DNA from: a virus
Lineage: Duplodnaviria > Caudoviricetes
Strand: one strand, 5' to 3'
IMG/VR virus record: IMGVR_UViG_3300047159_000056
Coordinates: 96,001 to 160,000 of that record
Length of the DNA: 64,000 bases
Of this stretch, positions 1-10,700 are shown one piece after another (within the stretch, counting starts at the first letter, position 1; every line of letters begins with the position of its first letter). The notes below the pieces were generated by a model. It worked only from the letters and a program-made list of their open reading frames with translations, was not told where the DNA came from and ran no database searches. The position numbers were made by a program, and so were the translations under genes.

Positions 1-1381
1 TTCCCAGGGTATTATCATATAAGCTCTGGAAGGATGGTTTAGTTTTATCAGATCCACCTCCGTAATCAGAACCACCACGATAATAGTTAAATAAACCTGT
101 CCTAGTTGACTTAGAATCTGCCCAAGGCCAATTTATGTCAGCATCGAGTTCTCTTATATAGTAGTAGTAAGATATATAGCTACCATCTGCAGGATAAGGC
201 ACATTATTACAAACCAATCTAAACTTTACTTCATTTAGACCAGGAGTTGTAGAATATACGCTAACTGTTTCTTGTTTTCTAAGGCTACTAGGTAAATTTA
301 TTACATTAGCTGCTTCTGTTGCTCCTTCTTTATTTAGGTAGTAATAGATTGTACAAGCACTACCATTATTTTGACCATAGTAAGCTTTAACATTGAACGT
401 AGTATAACCAGCGCCAAATCTATAAACACTAGTTAGGTCAGTTTGTTTTTCCTGATAAATAGTACCAACGCTAGGTTGAACTAAAAGGTAGAGTTCTTCT
501 GGAATTAGGGAGAAGCTAATAGTTTTTGATGTTGTCTTAGCTAATTGGTTTTCTACACTAATTGTTATATCTACTGTAGCTGAATAGTAACCTGCATTTG
601 TATTGATTATTTCCCAACCTTCAGCAGCTCCAATTGCTTTTAAGTCTAGTTTTATTGTACCGCTCTTACTAGTTTTATCTATAGAACCTTCCTTTGTTAT
701 TACTTTGCTCTCAGTATTGAAAGTTAGTTTATATGTAGTTGTTGCAGAAACGGCTATTACATAATCAATATAGATGTCTAGACCACCAGTAGCAGCAGTA
801 GTAACAAACATCTCACCACCAAGAGCAGACTTATTATCATTTCCAAGGTAAGTAGTAAATGTATAAGACTTAGTTATATAAGAAGCTGATACCTGTTTAG
901 TTACATTGTATAAACTATCTACAGCAGTTACAGTAATAGTTGAGTTACTTCCTATTTCTATATTCTTAGTAAAAGTATAAGCATTGTCAAGATCTAGGGT
1001 AACAGTTTCATTTACAGTAATTGTTGAACCACTACTATTTACTGTATTATATTTATAGTTAACACTGAAGCTAGCTCCTTGAGGTTTTTGTATCTTAATA
1101 ACTAGTTCATATGTTCCAGTATCTCCAAGATTAATAGTTTGTCCTGATAGCTGTATACCATTAAGTGTAGAGTAGAGAGCATAGTCTGAACTTGTGGAAC
1201 TACCTGAACCAGAGCCAGATCCTCCTACACCACCATATTTATATATCCATTTTAGATAATTTTCTAACTTGGAAGTTTTAGATTGAAGCTCCCCAACCAC
1301 GTCAGAGAGCTTCTTTCCTATATTACTACCGGTTAGAGTAACATCATCGTCAAAAATAATGTTTTTACCGTTATATTTCAT
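1..1381 (-). CDS. Large putative virion fibre/appendage protein, N-terminal part (runs off the window edge)
   Basis: Not in the ORF track, presumably because its stop lies outside the window. ATG at 1381; manual translation MKYNGKNIIFDDDVTLTGSNIGKKLSDVVGELQSK...YKYGGVGGSGSGSGSSTSS, then S/T-rich beta-type sequence. Directly follows 1390..6120. Confidence 0.7.
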   Translation of the reverse strand, partial: MKYNGKNIIFDDDVTLTGSNIGKKLSDVVGELQSKTSKLENYLKWIYKYGGVGGSGSGSGSSTSSDYALYSTLNGIQLSGQTINLGDTGTYELVIKIQKPQGASFSVNYKYNTVNSSGSTITVNETVTLDLDNAYTFTKNIEIGSNSTITVTAVDSLYNVTKQVSASYITKSYTFTTYLGNDNKSALGGEMFVTTAATGGLDIYIDYVIAVSATTTYKLTFNTESKVITKEGSIDKTSKSGTIKLDLKAIGAAEGWEIINTNAGYYSATVDITISVENQLAKTTSKTISFSLIPEELYLLVQPSVGTIYQEKQTDLTSVYRFGAGYTTFNVKAYYGQNNGSACTIYYYLNKEGATEAANVINLPSSLRKQETVSVYSTTPGLNEVKFRLVCNNVPYPADGSYISYYYYIRELDADINWPWADSKSTRTGLFNYYRGGSDYGGGSDKTKPSFQSLYDNTLG

Positions 1382-1389
1382 AATTTACT

Positions 1390-4300
1390 TTAGATTGTGA
1401 ATAGAATACTTTCAGTAGAGCCCCAAACACCAAAGTTATTAGAAGCTGTTTCTGTTAAGTATTGAAGACCTACAGCATCACTAGAATAGTTTGTCTGTGA
1501 GAATCCATAATTTTTCAGAACACCAGTAACTCTAATTAGCTTGATGTCATATATTCCGCTATTAACTTTTATAATAGAGAACATTGGATATTTCTGATCA
1601 GTACTTGGGGTATCTTTATAAGTAGCTGTTGTTGCATCATAAGTACCTTTAGTCTGAGGAAGTATTCTTGAAAATTTCTGTTGAGCACTAGGTAACTCTT
1701 TATTAGATGTCAGTTTATATCCACTAGCTTGACACATGAAGTAAGTAATACCGCCAAGAAGGGTAGGTACACAAACACAAGGATAGAAGCCATTATCGGA
1801 TCTAGTACCAACATCTGCTCTTCTAGTTAGCGGGAATTTGGTTAAGTCCTTAGAATTAGCTGAATCTATAAAGTTAGCTGAGTCATTTTCCAGTGTTTCA
1901 TCCATAACCATAGGACCATCTGTAATAGAAGTCTTAGCTGTACCTGTTAGAGTATAAGTATAGTTTTCTCTAACTGGATAAGTACAAGAGTATGTATGTT
2001 TATGACCACCAATTACTAGTTTAACAGAGAAATATTCCAGGAGTCTACTAAACCAATAAATACCCTTAGGACTGCCTGTCGTATCTCCTACTTCTGTATT
2101 ACTAATCTGATTAAGGTGACTTCCAATTAGGGCACTAGCATTACTTAGAGACCTAGATATACCAGCAGCTGAGTTAAGAAGTGAGTCATTTGTTATTACA
2201 GTAAATGGCATTTCGTGACAAGCAGCTATTGTAGCCTTACTTAGAGTCTTTGCATTATTCAGTGTTCTCCATATCATAGTATAGATTGAAGTAAACTCTT
2301 TATGATATACTGATGTCTTACCAGTTATTTCAAAACCAGTATAGATATTAATAGTATTTCCTGTAGAGCTAACCAAACCAAACCAATCAGAGCAATTCAC
2401 CTGAGTAATTTCACTATTGACCATTAAGAATCTATCAGTAGCAGAATCAAAATAGTATAGTGATGGAATAAACTTAGGAGCGCCACCATCTTTTAGGTTA
2501 GGACATAGTGGATCAAATAGAGAACCAACTTCATAGCAATAGAATAGACTAAAGTAGTAGGAGTTAGACTTTCCATAATCATCACCTGTACCCAATTCAG
2601 AAGGAACTGTACCGCAAAGATCATTATTTCCAACTACATTCATTTGTTCTAGATGATCAAATAAGATACTACCTCCCTGATAATAGTCGTACCATTCATT
2701 TATTCTAGTACCATTCTGAGTCATATCACCAGTATTTACCAGGATAGGAATAATGTTACTAGCAGCTTGAGCAGTCTTTATTTTTTCATTTACTTTATTA
2801 GCTACTGCAGCCCATACTTGATATTCTACCCAGTGGAAACCTTGCTGATCTGTTACCTGAAATATTTGTGTGGTATAAGTAGATGGATAGAGAGTAAACT
2901 TCATCTCAGAACTAGTATGGTCTGGATCAGGATCACCATTTTTATCTGCTCTACCAACTACATATGTATATTCAGTTGGACTACTTACATTTGCACTTAC
3001 TATATCAACTACTACTTTATGGCTAGTATAGAAGTTATTATCTGCTGGGAATCTACCTGTCTTTCTAGCATATACATTATTGGTTATATCTGCATCAAAA
3101 AACTTCTTCATAGGATAAGTAGTTCCTGCCAAGTCATCCTCACTAGATACTAAGTAATAAGTAGAGTCAGAAGTAATTGTTGAGCTATAAGAACCGCTCA
3201 AGGTTATACTATAGATACTGCCAGAATATGTTGCACTTACTCCAGAAATAACTAGTTTATGATTTGAGTCAGCTAAGACAGTATATTTAGCTAGACTAGA
3301 TCCTGCTGTCCATCCCGTTGTAGAAACTGAGAATGATACAACAGTAGAAGTACCAGAGCTAGTGGTTGTTTCTGCTACATTAGATACTTTGATCTGTTGT
3401 ATTGGAATATATGACTGACATTTTCCCAACCAACTAGTATCACCTGTTTTCTTAATCCATACATATTCAGGATAGTAACCTACAGATACCCAGTTAAAAC
3501 ATCTTGTCTTATAGATATCAACACCAAATGAAGAAGTTACCATATTAGGAATTTCTTTACTCAGTTTCGTTTTATCTGTACAAACATTCTTTTCCTCATA
3601 AGAAGCTTTTGGAGTATAATTAGATATAGCAAATTTTCCATCTGTGTGTGGGAAAGTAATATATTCTTTACTTAGGTCAACAATCTGAAAGTCATTACTA
3701 GAATTAGACCATCTTACTCTAGAACTATCCTTTGTAGTATAAGCCTGAAAAGCCTGTTTTGCTGGATCTAGTTCAAATGTATTCTTGTATATACTATTAG
3801 AAACAATAGATGCAGCTGCGGCAGCCCAATAACCTTTACCACTATCGTCGGTAACCATCTTATAATAGTAGAGACTATCAATTAAGTTTTGGTTTAGAAT
3901 ATAAGGATAGGTTGCTTTATTTGAATCACTAATTGTTAGAGTATTTCCATTACTACCAACAATATCACCTGCTGCAGAAGCTCTATAAAGGGATGTACTG
4001 TAACTTAGGGCAACTCCATCAAAAGTATTTCCATAAGTTAGAGCAAAACCATAACCTTTAGCTTTTATTGCAGAGATATCTTGTGAATCATCTATTTCAA
4101 AAGAGACTAGATTTCCACTAGTATCATACCATTCCTGATCATAAGTTTCTACCTTAAGATAAACATTAGGGTCAGTAGTTGGAGAATGTTGTGCACCCCT
4201 GACTAAGTATGTTCCCCCTGCTGGTATAATTCCTGTTAATGCTATATGATAAACAGTTTGAATTCCATCTGATTTTCCTGGTCTTGTAAAATGTAAGTAA

Positions 4301-6120
4301 CAACCAGATAGAGCAAAATCTACATCAGCCGTATTTTCTAGTTCTACATAGGAGTGAGAACATCCATGAACAATGTCAGATTTATAAGGTGCATAGAAAG
4401 CTCCAATCTTTAATCTATCACTATAAAGTCTAGCATCTGACGTTCTATCAATTCCAGCTTCATACATTCTAACTTGTCCAATAAAACCTCTTACATCATT
4501 TCCCAAGGTTATATTGCTATTAGAACTAATTTTTGTGGCAAAGAGATCAGCAGTAGGAGCTATTTCCTGACTATGCATAATTCCCTTGTCATCAATATAA
4601 AATTTGAATTTCTTACCAGAGCTTTGATGGATGAAAGTAATATCATTTGTATTAATATTACTAAGTTCTAGACTTCCATCTGTGTCCTGAACAATGCCCA
4701 TTTCTTTAAGGGCAGCTATCATTTCTTCTTTTGTCATGCCTGTATCTGTACTAGGAGTAGAACCACTACTTCCAATTAAGGTTAATTTATATCCTGATTT
4801 TATCCAAAGTTTCTTATTAGTTTCTTCCCAAATCAATTCATTCTCAAGAAGCTGATCCTTTATAGAATTTAAAACTTCTTGTGAGGAAACTGATCTAATA
4901 GTTAGGTGAGCTGCTTTAAATTTATAAGACTCATCAGAAGGTTTACTAGCAATTACTTCTTTACTAAAATCCTGATATTTTGTATATAAGTTAAATTTAG
5001 ATAATACTGTATCCGTGAAAACCACAGAAGAGAAGTTGTATAAATAACTATCTCCTAATTCTTGAATAGTACTATATAGTTTTCCATCGCTTGTGTTGTA
5101 ATACCCTTCTGCGACTGTTGTATCTGTAGCTGGATCTCCTATTGAAACCCAGAGAAAATTCTTGCCATAATATTTCCCGTCATCTAATTTTTTCTTCCTA
5201 CTAATTACAATGAGAGAAGTATATATATTATTTTCACTCTTGGCTTTCAGGGTTATCTTGCTTAGGTCAATAGAGTCAGTAGGTTCAGTTAGCCATGTAG
5301 AAGAGGTAGTATCAGAAGTATCAATTATTCCTAGATTTGCTTTTACTCCTAAGCCATTGGTAATAAGAAATAAAAACATCTTATTATCTGTGGCTGCCAT
5401 GGTTTCACTAGTTGCTGTCCATGTTGCAGAACCAGCTATCTTTAGGTAAGAATCTTTTGTATCTGAATCAATTATTACAGTTACATTTTCTTTAGGTACT
5501 AGAGGATAGTCGTCACCAAGAGAAAATTCAAAATTCTCTATCTTACTTAAGCCGTCTTCTTCTATTGCCCAAAGCGGTTCTTCTTCTACAGAATTTGCTA
5601 AGTCAGCTTCAACAGTAGACATAGCAGTTACCTTTTCTGTATAAGATTCAATTCCATATTTAAAGGAATTTCTTAACCTAGCTACTTCAGATTGTAACTG
5701 TCTTATAGCACTAAATAAGATATCTACATAGTTTCCATTCTGTGTAGTCTTATATGTAGTAGAAGATACACTGCCATTCAAGTCAGAATCATCGGGTATA
5801 GATACATAATCTTCATTACTAGTATCTATTTGAAGATCATTTATTAATTTCTGATTATAAATAGGTATACCTCTTCCTATCTTACTTCTTACCCACGCTC
5901 CTCCTATTAGCTGATATGTATGAATTCCAGTAGAGTCATTTACAACATACGCTAACATACCTTCTTCTAATCGAGCTGCAGGTATTAAGTCCAGATCACT
6001 AACATTATCAACTGTTCTATAACCACCTTTTCCATACTTAGCTTCATGAGTCGCATAAATATCTTGATCGGTAAACGGTACTATAGGGGAGGCAATGTTA
6101 GTTCCTTTTAAGTTTTCCAT
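1390..6120 (-). CDS. Virion appendage protein with lamin-tail-like domain and C-terminal calcineurin-like (purple acid phosphatase-type) metallophosphoesterase
   Basis: N-terminal fibre-anchor-like segment (GTNIASPIVP..THEAKYGKGGYRTV..RLEEGMLAYV) and short coiled coil; LTD-like YVELENTADVDFALSGCYL..IPAGGTYLVRG; phosphoesterase motifs in order: TDQQ, TGDMT, VGNND, HEMP, GGHKH. Confidence 0.75.
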   Translation of the reverse strand: MENLKGTNIASPIVPFTDQDIYATHEAKYGKGGYRTVDNVSDLDLIPAARLEEGMLAYVVNDSTGIHTYQLIGGAWVRSKIGRGIPIYNQKLINDLQIDTSNEDYVSIPDDSDLNGSVSSTTYKTTQNGNYVDILFSAIRQLQSEVARLRNSFKYGIESYTEKVTAMSTVEADLANSVEEEPLWAIEEDGLSKIENFEFSLGDDYPLVPKENVTVIIDSDTKDSYLKIAGSATWTATSETMAATDNKMFLFLITNGLGVKANLGIIDTSDTTSSTWLTEPTDSIDLSKITLKAKSENNIYTSLIVISRKKKLDDGKYYGKNFLWVSIGDPATDTTVAEGYYNTSDGKLYSTIQELGDSYLYNFSSVVFTDTVLSKFNLYTKYQDFSKEVIASKPSDESYKFKAAHLTIRSVSSQEVLNSIKDQLLENELIWEETNKKLWIKSGYKLTLIGSSGSTPSTDTGMTKEEMIAALKEMGIVQDTDGSLELSNINTNDITFIHQSSGKKFKFYIDDKGIMHSQEIAPTADLFATKISSNSNITLGNDVRGFIGQVRMYEAGIDRTSDARLYSDRLKIGAFYAPYKSDIVHGCSHSYVELENTADVDFALSGCYLHFTRPGKSDGIQTVYHIALTGIIPAGGTYLVRGAQHSPTTDPNVYLKVETYDQEWYDTSGNLVSFEIDDSQDISAIKAKGYGFALTYGNTFDGVALSYSTSLYRASAAGDIVGSNGNTLTISDSNKATYPYILNQNLIDSLYYYKMVTDDSGKGYWAAAAASIVSNSIYKNTFELDPAKQAFQAYTTKDSSRVRWSNSSNDFQIVDLSKEYITFPHTDGKFAISNYTPKASYEEKNVCTDKTKLSKEIPNMVTSSFGVDIYKTRCFNWVSVGYYPEYVWIKKTGDTSWLGKCQSYIPIQQIKVSNVAETTTSSGTSTVVSFSVSTTGWTAGSSLAKYTVLADSNHKLVISGVSATYSGSIYSITLSGSYSSTITSDSTYYLVSSEDDLAGTTYPMKKFFDADITNNVYARKTGRFPADNNFYTSHKVVVDIVSANVSSPTEYTYVVGRADKNGDPDPDHTSSEMKFTLYPSTYTTQIFQVTDQQGFHWVEYQVWAAVANKVNEKIKTAQAASNIIPILVNTGDMTQNGTRINEWYDYYQGGSILFDHLEQMNVVGNNDLCGTVPSELGTGDDYGKSNSYYFSLFYCYEVGSLFDPLCPNLKDGGAPKFIPSLYYFDSATDRFLMVNSEITQVNCSDWFGLVSSTGNTINIYTGFEITGKTSVYHKEFTSIYTMIWRTLNNAKTLSKATIAACHEMPFTVITNDSLLNSAAGISRSLSNASALIGSHLNQISNTEVGDTTGSPKGIYWFSRLLEYFSVKLVIGGHKHTYSCTYPVRENYTYTLTGTAKTSITDGPMVMDETLENDSANFIDSANSKDLTKFPLTRRADVGTRSDNGFYPCVCVPTLLGGITYFMCQASGYKLTSNKELPSAQQKFSRILPQTKGTYDATTATYKDTPSTDQKYPMFSIIKVNSGIYDIKLIRVTGVLKNYGFSQTNYSSDAVGLQYLTETASNNFGVWGSTESILFTI

Positions 6121-6125
6121 ATTGT

Positions 6126-7631
6126 TTAAAGTTCTGTTGTTACATCAGTTATTACACTAGAGGATAAGGTGCTAAATTTCTGAAGACTAGTCCCTGTCCA
6201 AGAGTAGAAACCAGAATTATATACATAGAGTTCCCCATTTTTTATATTAGAAATTACTCCCGTCTTATCATCTATAGCCGTATATATTTTATTAGTTGTT
6301 GTATTAAAATATAGAGTACCTGGAACCATATTTTCTGTTGGATATTCTGTTACAATTCCAGCCAACTTTGTAAACGTATCTGATTTATCTTTTAAGTATA
6401 GACTCTCTGGTATTTTTCCATCATTGTCCAGTACTACCAATCCTCCAGTTCTAGTATTTCTACCTAACCAAGAATTAATAATATCAAACATGTTGGACTC
6501 ATTATCAACTATAGAGTCTGAATCATTAAATACCCAGTCTTGAGAAAAATCTACAACTGATACTGGGTCTTTCTTTAGATAAACCAGATATCTTATATTA
6601 TCTATTACTATATCTGTATCATAAATTTCGTAAGAATGTATATAATCTAGACTATTATCATCATAAATATGAGATATATAACCGTAATCTTTTGGATAAG
6701 CAAGTACAGTTTCTTCAAGATCTAGCTTAATATCACTCCACTTAAAATCTCTTCGATAGCTTAGTTTAATATTTCCTAGATTTTTGACAGCATCTATACT
6801 AGGAACCCAACCACTCTTTACCTTTCCATAGTAGAAATTATAACCAAATCTTAGTTTAAATATATTCTTGAGAGAGTAATAAATTCCATCTAAGATCTTA
6901 TATTTAGCTATTATTTCTATATCTTTACTAGTTGTCTGATTTTCTAATGTATATCTACCACCCGATACTACTATAGAGGTTCCGTTTAGGTAGAAGTCAC
7001 ATTTATCAGTTATATCAGTTCCATCTACTTTTCTAGCTCTAACAGATAAGTCTAGATTAACTAAGTCACCAACCTTAAACAGATAACCATTTAAGCTGAC
7101 AACATCTAAGGTACCATCAAGATCTAGAATAGTTTGCAAAATATTCTCTATCCTAGTAGTTGAGAAAAAGTCATCCTCTCTCTTACATACCTGATTCTCA
7201 TAAAACCATCTATAACCAGACTGAAGATCAACAAATATATATGGACCACCAGTTATTTCTTCTAAGGTTCTATCTGATTCATCTTCTTTTTTATATACAT
7301 ACATCCATTTTTCATCTGGATTCTTGTATATATAAAGCTCATTGTGAACTAGAGAAGAAACATCAGGTATTACATCAGTCACAGATCTAACCATTACAGT
7401 TCCACCAGCGCTTAATAATCTATAGTAATCTTCTCCTACACCTTCGTCAACACCAATTGCTATAAGAACTCCGATATCTGTTCTGAAATCTTTGTCTTTA
7501 TAGTAATTTTGCATCACTAACTCTCCCTTGTGAAACTTCTTATCATTAAGCTTAAGTATTGCTATTGCCCTGCTCTGCTCAATATACTGATCACGGGAAA
7601 TTTGGATTATGCTTTCTTTTTTATTTATCAT
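6126..7631 (-). CDS. Putative tail fibre/appendage-associated structural protein
   Basis: 501-aa ORF in the fibre cluster; beta-rich, with FYYG..LAYPKDYG..IYDDN segment. Confidence 0.5.
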   Translation of the reverse strand: MINKKESIIQISRDQYIEQSRAIAILKLNDKKFHKGELVMQNYYKDKDFRTDIGVLIAIGVDEGVGEDYYRLLSAGGTVMVRSVTDVIPDVSSLVHNELYIYKNPDEKWMYVYKKEDESDRTLEEITGGPYIFVDLQSGYRWFYENQVCKREDDFFSTTRIENILQTILDLDGTLDVVSLNGYLFKVGDLVNLDLSVRARKVDGTDITDKCDFYLNGTSIVVSGGRYTLENQTTSKDIEIIAKYKILDGIYYSLKNIFKLRFGYNFYYGKVKSGWVPSIDAVKNLGNIKLSYRRDFKWSDIKLDLEETVLAYPKDYGYISHIYDDNSLDYIHSYEIYDTDIVIDNIRYLVYLKKDPVSVVDFSQDWVFNDSDSIVDNESNMFDIINSWLGRNTRTGGLVVLDNDGKIPESLYLKDKSDTFTKLAGIVTEYPTENMVPGTLYFNTTTNKIYTAIDDKTGVISNIKNGELYVYNSGFYSWTGTSLQKFSTLSSSVITDVTTEL

Positions 7632-7656
7632 CTTTATTTAATTTAGAACGAAAATT

Positions 7657-7720
7657 GAGGGAATAGAATCAAAATGCTCAACTTTCTTTAAAAATTGTTC
7701 TCTTTTAACTCTATTCTCTC
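7657..7720 (-). promoter_or_regulatory. Long RNA stem-loop in the 5' leader of 6126..7631
   Basis: Minus-strand arms GAGAGAATAGAGTTAAAA / TTTTGATTCTATTCCCTC: 18 bp with one mismatch and two G-U pairs. Confidence 0.55.
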
Positions 7721-7757
7721 TATAAATTAGGATTTTGTACCTAGGTTATGCGCAAAA

Positions 7758-10700
7758 TTACAATATCAGTGAAATATCTATATTAAATACTAGATCATCT
7801 GCTGCTACTGCTGTTGGTACACCTTCAGCCGAGCAACTAACAACTACCTTTCTTTTGCTAGCATTATTTAGGGTATATACATTATTACCCTTAGTGCTAA
7901 AGTTAGATGGTCCTAGTTCCAGAAGAACAGCTGGTATATATGAATTCTTCTCAAAATCACTAGCTGTTAATACTGTTTTAACTGTATCTCCTCCAGAACT
8001 TACATCTGTATTTGGAGAATAAGTCGTATTACTAGAATAATATTTGGGAATTCCAGATATAGTAGTAGGAGCATAATCTCCAACCCTATCAGATGCTTGT
8101 GTAATCATTTCGTCGTGATAAACAGTAATTGATTTAGTTCTATCTGTATTATCTACTAAATTTAATCCAGGACTAGTAGTAGAATCATTACTAGTAAAAA
8201 TGAATTTAGTATAATTTAGGATAGACCAAGTCTTTTTTCTGTTTGTATCAACTGTACATATCCACTCATATCTAATAGGAACTAGCATAAATGCACAGTA
8301 GTATCCATAAGTTTTGAATGCTAGAGATCCATCCGGCAATAATTCTCCATATTTTTTTCCACCATTTGAATTCTCCTTATAGGTAACATATAGAGTATTA
8401 TCCAGGTTTAGTTCCGATCCATTATATACTGCAGTTACTTTATTATTAGATAAGAAATATGAGCTACCAGCTGTGTATTTAGAGTTTTCACTTGTTTCAA
8501 ATTTACCAAAATCTACATCATGAGAAACTACATTTGGACTTTCATAAGTATAAGAACCACTAGTATCTGCTACAGCTGACCATTTTCTACAATTTAAGTA
8601 GGTAGGATTAGGTGTATAAAGTTGCAATGAACCAGCCCCATATCTAGATCTCTTTACATCAGTATAATTATATTCAAACCCACTTACATCTATATAAAAT
8701 CTATTAGTAGCTAGGTATGGTTTATGTGCCATATACTTATCATTAGGTATAACAGCCCCAGATCCCCAGGTTTGATAATTTATTGTAGAAACTTTTGACC
8801 ACGGCTCTACTTTAAATAATCTATATCCTGGATGTTTAACCCCAGTAGATACTCCTGTTGTATAATCTACATAGTCTACTGTAAAATCGTCAACAACATT
8901 ACTTCCTACACCATTTATTCTGGTTTGAGATTTAATTTTGCTAGTTATTGTAGCTCTTACTGATAAACCATCTATCACCATATTTACACTAGAATCAGCC
9001 ATAGTGAGATTTCCATCGTCATTTGTGCTCATTCCAAATATACACTTATCTACTGGAGCATTAGTAGCAATATAAATATAATTATCAGGATATCTAAGAG
9101 CACCACTAGCCGAAAATGCTAATTCATCAGTAGATAATTCATTAAATGAATCAACATAATATTCACCGTCGTTTTCATTTACCCCTGTACATGATATTCC
9201 ACTAAATGCTCTTATATCAAATTGACTATTAGGTTTTATATTAAAGGTAATAGCTACTTCATTTCCATAAGTATCAGATAGAGTTACATTATAGGTTTTT
9301 GTATTATCACTATCATTTGTAGGAATACTAAAAGTTAATGGACATCCATAGGTTGAACTATAACTATGATTATTCTCTTTTGACACAGGGTTAGATGTAT
9401 CTAGATTATACTCAAGAGATGTTGAAGCTATATTTAAATTTTTCTTAGTATCTAATAGTAAGAAATTATAATGTACATCTTCAGTCTCAGTTACAGTAGA
9501 ATCATCTGTTGTTGGAAGCATAACACTTGCTACATACATAGTATAGCTTCCAGCATCATAAGATAAATCCTCAGTAAATGTATTATTTTCACCAAGATAT
9601 AATATACTAGAACTATATCCCTGTCCTCTAAGTCTTATTCCTTGAACCCAGTTTTCTTGTACTATGTCAGTCATTTCTACTTTATTTGTAGCAGTTCCAT
9701 TATCTTTTACATATACATAGAAATTAGTTTTTTCAAGAGAATTTTGATCAAATACATATTTAGATATTAGATCCGTTACAAAACTTTTATCAAGATAATA
9801 TTTATAGTTTGCAGTAGAATAATCATAGTCAATTGATATACTAATTGGACTATAATTATGTCTAGTAAGCTTATCTTTAAACGTTACAGCAAGTTCCCCA
9901 GTTTGAGAAAAATTCATAGCACTAAGATATGGAATTTCATTAAGAGCTGTACTTGTATCAACAGCGTCTCCATCATTTATTCGGTTAAGAGTAAATGTTC
10001 TAGTTTCTCCTTGTCTCTTAATAACAGAAGTGTCACCAGTAATAGAATCAGCTGAATTCTTTTGACTAAGCCTAACAAGATCTACCTTCTTTACATTAGG
10101 TGGTACTAAGTTATTTACTACATCCTGAGTATAGGTTGGTCCCACTACTAAGTTTCCTGTGCTATCTTTTATGAAATTATTACAATCAACATATGAAGAA
10201 AAAGTAAATGTTCCTAATGTTACATTTGCATCTCCAGCTAGGGTAGTATTAGAACTATCTGTTACTTTTATAGTAATTGTAGTTAGTCCAGTTGTGCTAT
10301 CTTTCTTTAGATCTGTTACCTGAATTAAGACATTTTTATTTGGACTTTGTATTATAGTACCATCTGTAGTAATAGTAACTGTTCCCGTAGAGTCAGTATA
10401 TATAATATTATAGAAACCACCAGCCTCTATACTAACTCCTACTGTTGTACTCTTTCCACTTAAGTAAGATAAGAGGATAGAATATTTTGTTACAGTTAGA
10501 GCAGGAGGAGGTAAGAGTTTATATAGGTTATAGGCTATTTTCTCCCCATTAAACATTTGAGGGTTAGTTATTCTTATCATACCTAAGTCAGAAATTGGAT
10601 ATGATTTATCAGGACTACTAGGATTATTAAATGTAATCTTAGAGTAGTGTGATATATAACCTCTAATAGCTACTGTAGATGTTATTCTGCTCCTTACTAC

